From a virus, in IMG/VR virus record IMGVR_UViG_3300029286_000020, positions 27,549 to 91,548 of that record: a stretch of DNA of 64,000 nt, one strand, 5' to 3'. Below the pieces are notes generated by a model. It ran no database searches. It had not been told where the DNA came from and saw nothing but the letters and a program-made list of their open reading frames with translations. The translations under genes were made by a program, and so were the position numbers. Below, piece after piece: positions 1-9,738 of the stretch (its first letter is position 1; each line of letters begins with the position of its first letter).

Positions 1-563
1 GGCGTGTCCTGCACGTCGAAGTATTCGAAGGAGATGTCCAGCTCCATCACCGAGATGTCGCTTGACGATGCGTCGAGGTCACCAGCGACCTTCGCGCGGA
101 TCGGGAACGCCTCGTACAGGTTGTACGTCCGTGACGCCTGAGCGTCAGCACCCGTCGCCGCCGAGTAGGGCATGCCGGGCCCTGTGCTCGCGCTGGTGAT
201 GGGAACCGGACGGGTCAGCACCGATCGGTTGAAGTGCTTGATGATGACCGTCGTGCGGTACTCACCAGAGCCTTCGACGACCACGCGGAGCCAGTTCCAG
301 AAGTTCGAGTTCGACTGAGCGACACCCTTCTGCAAGGTGACGTCGCTGACAGTCGTGTTGCCCGGATACTTCTGGGGGTAGTTGAAGTGTCCTTCCCGGT
401 ACTCCACCGCCTCCGTCGTCGCCTCAGGTGTCGTGCAGCTCATGAAGCCTGCAGGAACGCCTGTCGGGAAGACATCGGGACGCAGCGTGTCCGGAAGTTC
501 ACCGGACGTCGTCACGTGGAACCGCATCGAGTGCAGGAAGTCAGTTGATGCCGGACGAGCCAT
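1..563 (-). CDS. Tail tube protein (T4 gp19-like), 3' end runs off the window
   Basis: Manual translation from ATG 563: MARPASTDFLHSMRFHV...GFMSCTTPEATTEAVEYREG...KYPGNTTVSDVTLQKG...FWNW...YNLYEAFPI...LDASSSDISVMELDISFEYF. This is the typical contractile tube signature; lies downstream of the sheath; SD AAGGAG. Confidence 0.9.
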   Translation of the reverse strand, partial: MARPASTDFLHSMRFHVTTSGELPDTLRPDVFPTGVPAGFMSCTTPEATTEAVEYREGHFNYPQKYPGNTTVSDVTLQKGVAQSNSNFWNWLRVVVEGSGEYRTTVIIKHFNRSVLTRPVPITSASTGPGMPYSAATGADAQASRTYNLYEAFPIRAKVAGDLDASSSDISVMELDISFEYFDVQDT

Positions 564-580
564 GTCATGCTCCTTGGGGA

Positions 581-610
581 GATAGGGTTCCGAAGACGCC
601 GAACCCTATC
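581..610. other. Intergenic inverted repeat (GATAGGGTTC-N10-GAACCCTATC)
   Basis: Perfect 10-bp stem between the 208-aa gene and the tube gene. Confidence 0.6.
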
Positions 611-1235
611 AGGCTTCGCGACGGGCGGTGATGACGATCTCGCCAACCGTCGAACGGTCCCGGCGGATGAACAGACCAACGATCGCGCCGGGGGTCAAGA
701 CCACCGAAGCATTGGGGCCGATCATGCGAGCCGCACCAAGGACGTCGGCAGGGACAGTCGCTGCGAGGGTACCGCCACCAGCCGCTGCCGAGCGCACCGC
801 GAGGGTTGAAGCACCGGGGCCAGCCACCGAGATGAGAGCCATCGCGTCGAGGATGCGGATTTTGTAGGGCAGCGTGTTGACCGCGTAGATGGTCACGTCG
901 TCGAGCGTGCCGGAGGCACCACCCGAGGCGAACGCCTTGCGGAAGATGACCGGAGCGGAGTCGATCGCTGCAGCAGCAACCGGAGCAACTGCCAGCGCGC
1001 TCACCGAGCCGGGAGCGATAGGCGAGGGAAGCGGGATGGAGGCCAACTCATCCGCCGTGTAGGCGATGGATGCGGTCAGGATTCCGTCAGCGACTGCAGC
1101 TTGCAGGCCCGCCATCGACGAGATTTCCGCAGGCGACCGGCTGACGACGAGGGTCTGCGCTGCGGCGATGTCGACGTAGACATCGTTGAGGAAGAAGGCC
1201 GACGCCGAGATGTTCGTGATCGAGAGGGAAGCCAT
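609..1235 (-). CDS. Putative virion structural protein (Ala/Val-rich, beta-rich)
   Basis: 208-aa ORF with SD AGGAG, located between the sheath and tube genes. Confidence 0.6.
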   Translation of the reverse strand: MASLSITNISASAFFLNDVYVDIAAAQTLVVSRSPAEISSMAGLQAAVADGILTASIAYTADELASIPLPSPIAPGSVSALAVAPVAAAAIDSAPVIFRKAFASGGASGTLDDVTIYAVNTLPYKIRILDAMALISVAGPGASTLAVRSAAAGGGTLAATVPADVLGAARMIGPNASVVLTPGAIVGLFIRRDRSTVGEIVITARREA

Positions 1236-1275
1236 GTGAGTTCTCCTGCAAGCTGGGGGAAGAGTACGAGGGTTC

Positions 1276-1314
1276 AGAGAGAAACACCAACGGGACCATA
1301 TGGACCCGTTGGTG
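1276..1314 (-). terminator. Intrinsic-terminator-like hairpin after the sheath gene; its loop region carries the GGACCATATGGACC motif
   Basis: CACCAACGGG/CCCGTTGGTG stem followed on the minus strand by TTTCTCTCT. Confidence 0.65.
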
Positions 1315-1319
1315 GAAAG

Positions 1320-4172
1320 TCAGGAATTGAGGGACTTCTGCTGGAAGCGCATTCGCACGAACTCAGCAGGCTTGTTCGGGGCTGCACCAATGTCGATGAT
1401 GACTTGACCCGCTTCGATGGTGGCCGGGGTGTTGTTCGAGGAGTCGCAGACGACGAAGTACGCCTGTGACGGGTTCACACCCGCGAAGTAGCCTTGCGAG
1501 AACAAGTTGCCCATATAGGACTCCAGCTGCGCCGTGATGCGCGTCCAGAGGCCGGGACCATTGTTCTCGAAGACGATCCACCACGTAGCGTTGAAGACCG
1601 ACTTCTCCAAGAACATGAACAGCCGACGAGCGTTGATGTAGCGCCAGTCAGGTACGTTCGAGATGGTGCGGACGCCCCACACCGCGAGCCCAGTCTGCGT
1701 CGACGAGATCAACGGGTTGACCTTGTTCGGGTAGAGGAGGTCACGGTCTTCCTGCGTCGGAGACGTTTCCAGACCCACGAGGTAAGTCAAGGCGCCGTCC
1801 ACGGTGCCGCCGGGGCTCTTCCCGACGTTCCGGTTGTTGTCCGTGCGGGCGTAGACACCCGCGATGTGCCCGAGGGCAGGCATCAGCGTGGGCCGGTTGT
1901 TCATCAGGGGATTGGAGACCCGGACCCACGGCCAGTAGAGCGCCGCGTAGTCCGAGGACCGTGCGAGGCTGAACCGGAACCAATCGACTGCCCTCTGGGC
2001 CGTCAGCCCGGCAGGCGGGGTGAGGATGATGAAGCGGTCACCACCCTGCGGCATCAGCGCGCGGCCAGCGGCGTAGTCGAGCTGATCCTGCGAGATGATC
2101 ACGTTCCCGGCGAAGTCGACGATCGTGATCTGCAGCAGCTCCTCGACCTTGTTGAAGGCGTACATGCCCTTGTAGGTCGCAGCCAGCGCCGTGGCGTCGG
2201 TAAACTGCGACCGACCCCAGTTCGTTGAGTCGAACGTGCCTTCCTCACCCGGCAGGTAGTTCTTCGAGCTGTCGCCGAGGATCTCGGAGTGAACCGTCTC
2301 GGCCACCTTGTCGGCAAAGGTCGCGACGACGAGCGTGGCTCCCTTGATGTTGTTCAGGGTGGTGAACTCGACCGCGCCGGTCTCGTAGTCGATGGTGTTG
2401 ACCGCCGAAGTCAGGACTGACCCCACCAGATTGCCGTCACCGTCGTCCGTGATGACGCGCGCCGTGCCGCCCGTGTCGGTGTAGGCGATCGACACCGTCC
2501 GAGGCGCGATGGGTCCACCGAGCGAGGTCGAGAAGACTCGGTTGGGAGCCAGCGCGTTTCCGCCACCGAGAGCCAGCGTGTGCGGGACCGCATTCAGCTG
2601 GTAGGGCGGGATGTCACCGGCAGGCTCGTTGATCCGGATGAAATCGGACAACTCGTTCACGACGTCGGCAAAGTAGACAGGCGAGGTTGGGTCGTTGAAG
2701 ACCATCTCCTCGTACTGCTCGACGACGTTGAAGGACGACGTCGGCGTATTGCGCAGCAGCACCAGCATGTCGAAGCGGGTGTAGACGCCGGTCGAGGCAT
2801 CAAAGAAGTTTGGCGATCCAGCGATCTGGACCTGCAGGTTGTTTCCCCACGTCCCAACAGAGATCGGGTCAACCGACCACGCGTTGAGCGTGTAGTCCGA
2901 GAGGAGAGGGCTCTTGTTGCAGGGGATGAAGCCCGTGAGGTCGAGCGCGAACGCACCTGAGGAGTAGTCCACGGACCCGGGGGTCGCGACATCGCCGAGC
3001 CACAGACCTGCTGCCGAGGCGACGATCGGGGCGACTGAGAAGCCAGCAGCGGCGACGCTCTCCGAGAGCACAGGGGTCGGAGCGACGGACGAGTTCGGCA
3101 CCAGTTTGATCTGGGTCAACGATCCAGCCACGGCTTCGGCCTTGAGCAGAAGCAGGGGGGCGTTGTTGATGGCAGCGATTGTCGCGGCCTGAATCGTTGC
3201 CGTGGAGTCCGCGAGGGTGAACGGGATGGGGAGACCCGTTGAGGCGCCGTTCGAGTCGTACTCGAACGTGACCGGCGGGTTGACGCCATCATCGATAATG
3301 AAAGCGTCGGTGTCGATGAGGGAGGCGCCTGCAACAATCGAGATGGCTGCGAAGCCATCGACTGCCGTGCGGGTCGCAGTCGTCGGAGTGAAGTCCGCCG
3401 TGACGAGGGCACCGTTGTCTGCGAGCACTGGAACGAACGTTCCGAAAGTGCGGAGCGAGAAGCGCCCCGAGCGCGAGTCGAGGATCACGATCGCGCCGTC
3501 CGTGCCGTCACCGACCGAGGCTTGGACGATCGAACCCGTCCCTGCAGGAATCAAGATGGCCTGCGCACCGGGGCCCGCGAGCGTGAAGTTGATGGTGACG
3601 GTACCGCGCACGACGGCGTCGAGGTTGTTCACCAGCGTGGGGAGGCCAGCGGGATTGATGCGACCATCGTAGCTCGCCTGAGCCGTCACCAGCGAGAGGT
3701 TGGCGGTGCTGTCGCGATTGCGCGTGTTCTGAGCGACCACAGGGGCGCCTGCCGAGCGCCAGTTGACGTTGATCGAGCCGGGTACGAGGGGAGAGGCCCC
3801 CGCAGCCGTCGGGAACGACCCGGTGAACGCCGTCGTGACGCCGTCGCCCGTTCCGATGCTGTCGTCGGTGAGGTCTGACTGGATCTTCGCATTGGCAGCC
3901 ACCGCGTTCGCGGGGGGAACACGCACGATGAAGGCACGACGGCCACCGTTGGCGAAGAACGCCGCGAGCGAGAGAGGCATGAGGCTCTGCGTGACCAGCC
4001 CACCGAAGATGCGGGAGTACTGCTCGAAGCTCTGCACGAGCACAGCCTCGTTGGCCGGACCACGCTCTGCGTATCCCACGGTGCCGAGGTTCGAGGTCGT
4101 CACACCGGGAATGATCTGCGCCGCCGTCGGGACTTCTTCGACGAAAACACCGGGCGAGAGAATGTCAGCCAT
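1320..4172 (-). CDS. Tail sheath protein (gp18-like) with inserted beta-sandwich domains
   Basis: N-terminal SPGVFVEE...GYAERGP...FFANGGRRAFIVRV; C-terminal YAALYWPW...GHIAGVYARTD...VWGVRT...YINARRL...VFENN...APNKPAEFV. Confidence 0.95.
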   Translation of the reverse strand: MADILSPGVFVEEVPTAAQIIPGVTTSNLGTVGYAERGPANEAVLVQSFEQYSRIFGGLVTQSLMPLSLAAFFANGGRRAFIVRVPPANAVAANAKIQSDLTDDSIGTGDGVTTAFTGSFPTAAGASPLVPGSINVNWRSAGAPVVAQNTRNRDSTANLSLVTAQASYDGRINPAGLPTLVNNLDAVVRGTVTINFTLAGPGAQAILIPAGTGSIVQASVGDGTDGAIVILDSRSGRFSLRTFGTFVPVLADNGALVTADFTPTTATRTAVDGFAAISIVAGASLIDTDAFIIDDGVNPPVTFEYDSNGASTGLPIPFTLADSTATIQAATIAAINNAPLLLLKAEAVAGSLTQIKLVPNSSVAPTPVLSESVAAAGFSVAPIVASAAGLWLGDVATPGSVDYSSGAFALDLTGFIPCNKSPLLSDYTLNAWSVDPISVGTWGNNLQVQIAGSPNFFDASTGVYTRFDMLVLLRNTPTSSFNVVEQYEEMVFNDPTSPVYFADVVNELSDFIRINEPAGDIPPYQLNAVPHTLALGGGNALAPNRVFSTSLGGPIAPRTVSIAYTDTGGTARVITDDGDGNLVGSVLTSAVNTIDYETGAVEFTTLNNIKGATLVVATFADKVAETVHSEILGDSSKNYLPGEEGTFDSTNWGRSQFTDATALAATYKGMYAFNKVEELLQITIVDFAGNVIISQDQLDYAAGRALMPQGGDRFIILTPPAGLTAQRAVDWFRFSLARSSDYAALYWPWVRVSNPLMNNRPTLMPALGHIAGVYARTDNNRNVGKSPGGTVDGALTYLVGLETSPTQEDRDLLYPNKVNPLISSTQTGLAVWGVRTISNVPDWRYINARRLFMFLEKSVFNATWWIVFENNGPGLWTRITAQLESYMGNLFSQGYFAGVNPSQAYFVVCDSSNNTPATIEAGQVIIDIGAAPNKPAEFVRMRFQQKSLNS

Positions 4173-4213
4173 GTCGTGCTCCTACAGGTGAACAATGTCG
4201 CGGAAAGGGAGAA

Positions 4214-4546
4214 TCACTTCTTTTCAGGCGACGGAAGGATGGGGTCTTCCTTGACCTTGGCCTCAGGCTTTGCCTCAGGCTTCGCTTCAGGCTTCGCTTC
4301 AGGCTTCGCGGGAGCGGGGGCCTTCTTGACAGCGACGGTCACACCGGACTTCGACTTCTTCGCCGCGATGAGGGGGATGGCGCGAACCTCAGGGATCAGC
4401 GCGCGCTGGTCGAGCAAGCTCTTCATGGAAGCCGACAGTTCCACATCATCGGAGAGCGAGGTCCATGCCTTCGGAGGGAAAACTGCAACCTTGCCCTCGA
4501 TGGTGGCCGAGATGGAACCGCGAGTCGTGTTGTAGAACTTGCTCAT
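4214..4546 (-). CDS. Hypothetical protein with KPEA repeats
   Basis: 110-aa ORF coupled to the upstream gene; SD GAGG. Confidence 0.65.
   Translation of the reverse strand: MSKFYNTTRGSISATIEGKVAVFPPKAWTSLSDDVELSASMKSLLDQRALIPEVRAIPLIAAKKSKSGVTVAVKKAPAPAKPEAKPEAKPEAKPEAKVKEDPILPSPEKK
4260..4308. repeat. 12-bp tandem repeat x4 encoding (A)KPE
   Basis: cctcaggctttg cctcaggcttcg cttcaggcttcg cttcaggcttcg. Confidence 0.85.
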
Positions 4547-5262
4547 GGATTCTTCCTCTGGAGGGAGAGTACTGGCGGTTGCGTTGCAGTGCGGGAAATT
4601 GTCGGGTCAGCAAGATCGTATTCTGCTTCGACCCTGATGGTCACGGCAAATTGGATCATGCGCTCCGAGATGCCTGCGACGTCATCCAAGTTGACAATAC
4701 CTTCGTTGAAAGCCTCGTAGGAACGAGGAACACCGAGGGAGTCCGTCACCCAGACCTGACCGTACACAGGCCAGATTTTCAGGATGTGCGTGAGCATCCG
4801 ATTCGCTGCGCTTCTGCCGGGTCCACCGCGCAGCGAGTTGTAAATGTTGACCGTGTAGGTGAGGTCGTAGGGCGTTGCCGCCTCTTGCATCGCCATACGG
4901 TCTGCCTGCGTGCGAGGACCGTTTTGAGTCTGAGCCGTGACGAACGTCGCTGTCTTGGCCGGGGCCCGGTACTTCTGCGTGAAAGGGTGCAGCCGCTGCT
5001 GAGACACCGAGATGTCGTCGCGCGTGACGACGAAGGCCGGGTACCGGAAGTTCGCGTAGAAGTCTTCCGGGTACATGAAGTAGACCGGGATCCCCGGGTC
5101 ACCCGGAGGGGGCTCGACTCCATCAATGGTGATGTAGAAGTGGCTGCCGTTGACTCGCCCACCCATCGACTCGATGAAGCCTTGGTCAAATGACCGGAGG
5201 TCAACATCGCCGTTTGGCAGGGCACCCGTAACCTGTTCGAGGAGAACAGACGGGTCTGTCAT
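4543..5262 (-). CDS. Putative tail terminator/completion protein (gp15-like)
   Basis: Position upstream of the sheath; YPAFVVTR...PYDLTYTVNIY...FAVTIRVEA pattern. Confidence 0.55.
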   Translation of the reverse strand: MTDPSVLLEQVTGALPNGDVDLRSFDQGFIESMGGRVNGSHFYITIDGVEPPPGDPGIPVYFMYPEDFYANFRYPAFVVTRDDISVSQQRLHPFTQKYRAPAKTATFVTAQTQNGPRTQADRMAMQEAATPYDLTYTVNIYNSLRGGPGRSAANRMLTHILKIWPVYGQVWVTDSLGVPRSYEAFNEGIVNLDDVAGISERMIQFAVTIRVEAEYDLADPTISRTATQPPVLSLQRKNP

Positions 5263-5267
5263 TGGGG

Positions 5268-5669
5268 TCAGGCGCTCTCGCCGAACTGAGCATCAGCAAT
5301 CGCCATGACCATGTCGCCGAACGCCATGATCTTCGCTTTGCCGATCCACTCAGCGGTGGAAACAAGATCGTCTTCCGGGGGGAGGAAGGGCAGAGAACCC
5401 TCCTCAGCGACAGCGTCTGCTGCGTCGAAGACGAAGTCGACAGCGCTCTCGGAGTCGAGGTCGTAGGCGTCCTCGATGCCAGCAGCGATGTCGAGCATGT
5501 AGTCGATGAGCACGTCGTTCACGTCGCTCACGTTCTCGGCGCCGCCAGTTCCAGCTTCACCTTCACCGTGCTCAGTGTCGATCTCACTCTCAGGACCCCA
5601 CGCCTCGCCTTCCATCTCCGCGAGTCGTTTGCGGATGCCTGCGAGCTTCTGGGAAACACTGATGGCCAT
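5268..5669 (-). CDS. Hypothetical acidic protein (possible head-internal protein)
   Basis: ATG 5669 with SD GGAGG; very Asp/Glu rich. Confidence 0.65.
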   Translation of the reverse strand: MAISVSQKLAGIRKRLAEMEGEAWGPESEIDTEHGEGEAGTGGAENVSDVNDVLIDYMLDIAAGIEDAYDLDSESAVDFVFDAADAVAEEGSLPFLPPEDDLVSTAEWIGKAKIMAFGDMVMAIADAQFGESA

Positions 5670-5704
5670 GGAGTCCTCCGTAGGGTCTGCTTGTTCTACT
5701 GCAG

Positions 5705-6499
5705 TCACCGAATTTTGTCTTGAAACTCTTCAAATGAGTCGATCTCCGTACCGGGAACCGCTGGGGATGACAAGTTCCTCCAAGACTTCCACCCGTCAAA
5801 GTCCCAGTCCAGCATCGCCCGTCCGACCACGTCGCTCTCAAACAAGGCAGCGACTCGCTGCTTGGTGGCAACGATGGCCGGGCGCCAGTGCGCGACACTC
5901 CGAGACCCTCCCAGCCCGTACTCCAGTCGAAGCGCGGTGTACGACAGGTCTGTTGTTGCTTTGAACTTTGTCGGGGGATCGACCTTCACCCCTTCGTCCT
6001 TGAACGCCTTGGACCAGTCAGGTCGGCTCTTCAGAAGCTTCTCGCGAACCCCCTCCACCTCTCGGGTTGAAACCTTCCGCTTCGTAACGGTCGCAATCGA
6101 CGTCGGAGGCTTGAAAGGAAGAGTGTCGGCGGTCCACGGTTGGTACTGCATCAGCAGCTTGACGACGGGATGAGGCTTCCGCTCGTTCTTTGGCTTGAAG
6201 TAGAGAACGTCCCGGGCGCCGTCGATCTCCTCGGCCTTGGTCGGCTCCGATGCCACTGCGAAGACCGGGTTGACGACGCCGGACTGCACAAGGCGCAGAG
6301 AGCTTCGGTACGCAGCGTAGTCTGCCCCTGTCGGGATGCGAGAGACCACCTCTTCGAGCATGATCTGCGCGGCGTTGTGGACGATGTAGCGTTGGATGGC
6401 TTCAGCTCGAAGCGTCAAGAAGCCCTGCTCGATCATCGCCAGCGTCATGCGGGTTCCCATGTCGGGACCGACGTTGATGTCGATGGACGGCTTCGGCAT
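5705..6499 (-). CDS. Hypothetical virion morphogenesis protein
   Basis: 264-aa ORF in the neck/tail cluster; LEYG...HWRP motif resembles HK97 gp10-like proteins. Confidence 0.55.
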   Translation of the reverse strand: MPKPSIDINVGPDMGTRMTLAMIEQGFLTLRAEAIQRYIVHNAAQIMLEEVVSRIPTGADYAAYRSSLRLVQSGVVNPVFAVASEPTKAEEIDGARDVLYFKPKNERKPHPVVKLLMQYQPWTADTLPFKPPTSIATVTKRKVSTREVEGVREKLLKSRPDWSKAFKDEGVKVDPPTKFKATTDLSYTALRLEYGLGGSRSVAHWRPAIVATKQRVAALFESDVVGRAMLDWDFDGWKSWRNLSSPAVPGTEIDSFEEFQDKIR

Positions 6500-6969
6500 C
6501 AGCCCTTCTCCGCGTCGATCTTCTCAAATTCAGCTTCAGTCTCAGCGATCCGCTCCCAAACAGTTTTCTTGCGGGGAGGGAAGAGTGTGGCGAGGGTCTT
6601 CTCGACTCCGCCACCTATGTTCACCAAGGCTTGAGCTTCTTGAGGGAGCTGCATGTTCGTCGGTTTGAGCGTTGGAAGCATGCGCTTGTGCTTCTCACAC
6701 ACCCCGAAACGGCGAGGTGACCCCGGCTTGGCGATGACTCCCGCAGGGGGTTCCCCGCAGATGAAGCACCACTGGTCGAAGGCCGTCATCGGGCCTGCGT
6801 ACTCGTGGAAGTCATCACCTGCGAGCGGCGACCCACACGGCGTGCGAGACGTACAGCGGTCCCCCGGGAGATTCAGGTCGCGGCCCTCCCAATACCGAGG
6901 ACAGGTGGCGCACACGGTCGACAACCCACCTTGGACCGCGAGGGCCACTCGCACACTGTGCTGCAGCAC
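6499..6969 (-). CDS. Cys-rich (Zn-finger-like) hypothetical protein
   Basis: CATC, CFIC, CEKH motifs; TGATG coupling with the downstream gene. Confidence 0.6.
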   Translation of the reverse strand: MLQHSVRVALAVQGGLSTVCATCPRYWEGRDLNLPGDRCTSRTPCGSPLAGDDFHEYAGPMTAFDQWCFICGEPPAGVIAKPGSPRRFGVCEKHKRMLPTLKPTNMQLPQEAQALVNIGGGVEKTLATLFPPRKKTVWERIAETEAEFEKIDAEKG

Positions 6970-6977
6970 GCGACCTC

Positions 6978-7235
6978 CTAGACCGCCGCCTTGGCGACCT
7001 TGAGGGCCTTCATCGCCTTCGAGGCGTTGAACATCTTCATGCCCTTCAGCAACGCGGCCTTGCTGGAGACGAGCTTCTTCAGCATGCCGATGAAGATCTC
7101 CTGATGACCCTCGTCACCGGGGTCCATGCCAGCAGCTTCCATCGCAAGCACAAGCTGCGGGATGAGGACTTTCGGGTCGGGCATGCGCTCGTTCTCTTCA
7201 CCGAGCAGCGCAAGCATCTTTGGCGTGACGGACAT
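6978..7235 (-). CDS. Small hypothetical protein
   Basis: MSVTPKMLALLGEE..., SD GAGG. Confidence 0.55.
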   Translation of the reverse strand: MSVTPKMLALLGEENERMPDPKVLIPQLVLAMEAAGMDPGDEGHQEIFIGMLKKLVSSKAALLKGMKMFNASKAMKALKVAKAAV

Positions 7236-7245
7236 GGGGACCTCT

Positions 7246-7833
7246 TCAGATGGAAGTGACAAGTTTTCGTTCGGGAGTCTGCTGCGTCGTGCGGCGGAGG
7301 GTACACTTGAACCCGACGAAGGAAGGGTTGTCAAACAGAGTACCGTCCTCTTGGACGTCGGTGATGGCGAAGTACAGGCCCGCCCCGGGGATGTTGAAGC
7401 CGTCCACCGCGAACTCGGTGTTGTAGTACGGCGTATCCCAAACACGGACAATGTCTGTTTCGCTTGGTGCGAGCATGTTCACACGTTCGCACTCGGACCG
7501 TGGCAGCCACAGCTCGCCGTCGAACTGAGACGACAGACCCTCCATCGCAACGCCAGTCGTCTTGGCAAGAGTGACGAAGGCTTTCAGCAGATAAGGCCCA
7601 AGCCAAGCGCGCTTCACCGGCTCGTTGTAGACCGGGTCCACAATCGACTGAGAGATGTTCTGCGTGTAGTAGGCGATCGACGTGCCGATGATGTTGACGT
7701 GCTCGCTCGTGATGCAGTCGAACAGCGCCCGCTCGCAGTCACCGAGGGCGAAAGTCTCGCAGTCGCCCATCGGACGCACCGGCATGGTCGGTTGAGGGCA
7801 GAGGTAGTCCGAGATCGATTTACACTTGCTCAC
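7246..7833 (-). CDS. Neck/head-closure protein (T4 gp14-like)
   Basis: EHVNIIGTSIAYY...DPVYNEP...PSETDIV pattern; follows the gp13-like gene. Confidence 0.65.
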   Translation of the reverse strand: MSKCKSISDYLCPQPTMPVRPMGDCETFALGDCERALFDCITSEHVNIIGTSIAYYTQNISQSIVDPVYNEPVKRAWLGPYLLKAFVTLAKTTGVAMEGLSSQFDGELWLPRSECERVNMLAPSETDIVRVWDTPYYNTEFAVDGFNIPGAGLYFAITDVQEDGTLFDNPSFVGFKCTLRRTTQQTPERKLVTSI

Positions 7834-7863
7834 AAGACCTCCCTCTGGACCATATGGACCCGA

Positions 7864-8700
7864 TCAGCCAACGATGAAACCAATCGGCATCGCGCTCTGG
7901 CCAATCTCTTCTTCGAGAATCTGCACCTCGCTCTCAGCCTCGCCGAGAAGCACGCCTCCGTCGAGGCCCGTCGAACCACCCGCTGTTGGGTACGAGTCGT
8001 ACTTTGACCGGATACGCCCAAGGTCGCGCTTCGCCATCGCCAGCGCGTAGCGACGAACAAGGTCAAAGTCCCGCTGCTTCAGGTCGGTGATGCAGAACGA
8101 ATTCGCCGTGTAGTAGACGAGCGCCTTGGGTGTCGTCGGAGACAGGCGTGTCGGCAGGATGTAGAGCTTCGTGTTCTCTTGCCGCCATTCCGGGTCCGCT
8201 CCGAGGACACGCTGGGCAGTCTGGGTGTACTGCTGGACCTGCAGCAAACTGGAGATGGGACCGCCGGTCTCTCCGCCTCCGCCGACTCCAATCCCGAACC
8301 CACCACCGTAGGCGAGAGGAACACCCAGATTCTCGTTGGGCCATGCCCATGCCCACGGAGAGGCGAGGGGGTTCATGTCGTAGTTGGAGAACGGGAAGAC
8401 CACGTCCGTGACGACGTCGACGTCGCTTGGGAGGCAGTACTCCACGATGCTTGGGATGAGCTGCAAGTCGTAGCTCTTGATGTACCCCTTCTTTGCCGCA
8501 AACCAACGCAGCGCCTGCCCGATGTCGTCCATCAGGTGCGCTTCAGTCAGCTCGATTTTGAGAAGGGGAGCACCGAGGCGCCGGAGAATCCACAGCGCCA
8601 TGTCGTCGGCGTCAACCTTCGTCGACGGCGAGATCCCACAGCTGCTGATGCTGATGCCGGTGCCACCGCCGCCGCCACATCCGCCACAGTCGTCAGCCAT
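7864..8700 (-). CDS. Neck/head-tail adaptor protein (T4 gp13-like)
   Basis: WILRRLGAPLLKIELT and VRRYALAMAKRDLGRIRSKY...GG..LDG signature of the gp13 family. Confidence 0.85.
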   Translation of the reverse strand: MADDCGGCGGGGGTGISISSCGISPSTKVDADDMALWILRRLGAPLLKIELTEAHLMDDIGQALRWFAAKKGYIKSYDLQLIPSIVEYCLPSDVDVVTDVVFPFSNYDMNPLASPWAWAWPNENLGVPLAYGGGFGIGVGGGGETGGPISSLLQVQQYTQTAQRVLGADPEWRQENTKLYILPTRLSPTTPKALVYYTANSFCITDLKQRDFDLVRRYALAMAKRDLGRIRSKYDSYPTAGGSTGLDGGVLLGEAESEVQILEEEIGQSAMPIGFIVG

Positions 8701-8717
8701 GAGGTCTCCTTCAGTGC

Positions 8718-9152
8718 CTATGCTTCAGGCGTGGGCTTCACCTTACGCGGTCGGCCTCCCTTGTTCTTCACGGGAGCGAGAGGCGCCGTCTCTACCATCG
8801 TATCGTTCAGCGATGGGTTTGCCGAATTGCTTTCGAGTTGAGTCGGGGCGGTCTCAACAGAAGCAGGCTCAGGTGGCATAGCATCGGCTGTGATGGGCGC
8901 TGGCTCATCGACCGGTACAGTCTCGCGAGCAGCGATGGCAAGAGCGTCGTGGATGACTTGGATGGCCGCAGCCGCCGGAACCGACTGGTAGACCGGCTTC
9001 ACTTCCACAGCCCCAATCTCGTGCAGCAGGTGCGGCGAGAAGTGCTGGTACTGGTCGCCTTCAAGGATGTCGACGTCGTGGACGCGACCGTGGCCGGGGA
9101 CGATGACGACAGGGAGGTGAGGGTTTTTCCTGAAACGGCGAATGGCTGTCAT
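8718..9152 (-). CDS. Hypothetical protein (C-terminal GRPRK AT-hook-like motif)
   Basis: ATG 9152 overlaps the upstream stop; KGGRPRK. Confidence 0.55.
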   Translation of the reverse strand: MTAIRRFRKNPHLPVVIVPGHGRVHDVDILEGDQYQHFSPHLLHEIGAVEVKPVYQSVPAAAAIQVIHDALAIAARETVPVDEPAPITADAMPPEPASVETAPTQLESNSANPSLNDTMVETAPLAPVKNKGGRPRKVKPTPEA

Positions 9153-9685
9153 GATTCCTCGTTGATGCTGCTTGCAACCGCCAGAAGCGAGTCGCGGAGG
9201 TCGGCGACACAAGCTTCCAGCAGGTCCAAGCGGGCGAAAGCCTCTTTGAGTCTCCGTGCCGTGTGGGATGGCGCAGCCCGGACTCTCAACTTGCGCGGAG
9301 GCGAGACGGGTTCGGGGATCGCCTCCGCCACTTCCGGCAGATCCTCCTCGTCCTCGTCCTCTTCGTCGTCCTCCTCGTCCTCCTCGTTTCGCTCAAAAGC
9401 AGATCTCAGCTCTGAGTACGACGGGGAGACAGCGCCCGTCGCCATCTCAGAGAGGGCTCGGATCTTCGCTTCGACGTCTTCATCCACCGGGACGATGGCT
9501 TCGTCTGGAGATGGCGGAGGCTCGGAAGCTGGAGAAAGAACTGGCGCAGGGTCGGATGGGAGTGAGAGCGTGGCGGTGCCTGCGACTTGTTCGGAAGTTA
9601 CCGGCAGCGTGACGGCAGGAGCAGGCCGAAAAACCGCCCCCAACGCGCCGAGTTCCGTCATCACGCTGTTCAGGCGACCTATCAT
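9149..9685 (-). CDS. Hypothetical low-complexity acidic/Pro-rich protein
   Basis: SD GAGGAG before ATG 9685; poly-D/E tract. Confidence 0.55.
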   Translation of the reverse strand: MIGRLNSVMTELGALGAVFRPAPAVTLPVTSEQVAGTATLSLPSDPAPVLSPASEPPPSPDEAIVPVDEDVEAKIRALSEMATGAVSPSYSELRSAFERNEEDEEDDEEDEDEEDLPEVAEAIPEPVSPPRKLRVRAAPSHTARRLKEAFARLDLLEACVADLRDSLLAVASSINEES

Positions 9686-9738
9686 AGTTTGCTCCTCTCG
9701 CACTCATCGCGTGAGGCGCACACAAAGTCAACACGCCC

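Noticed and set aside
4892-4902. Partial motif matches (GCCATACGGTC at ~4892, GGTCCATATA at ~36243, TCCATATGGA at ~54825)
   Set aside because: Too degenerate to count without a PWM-based scan.
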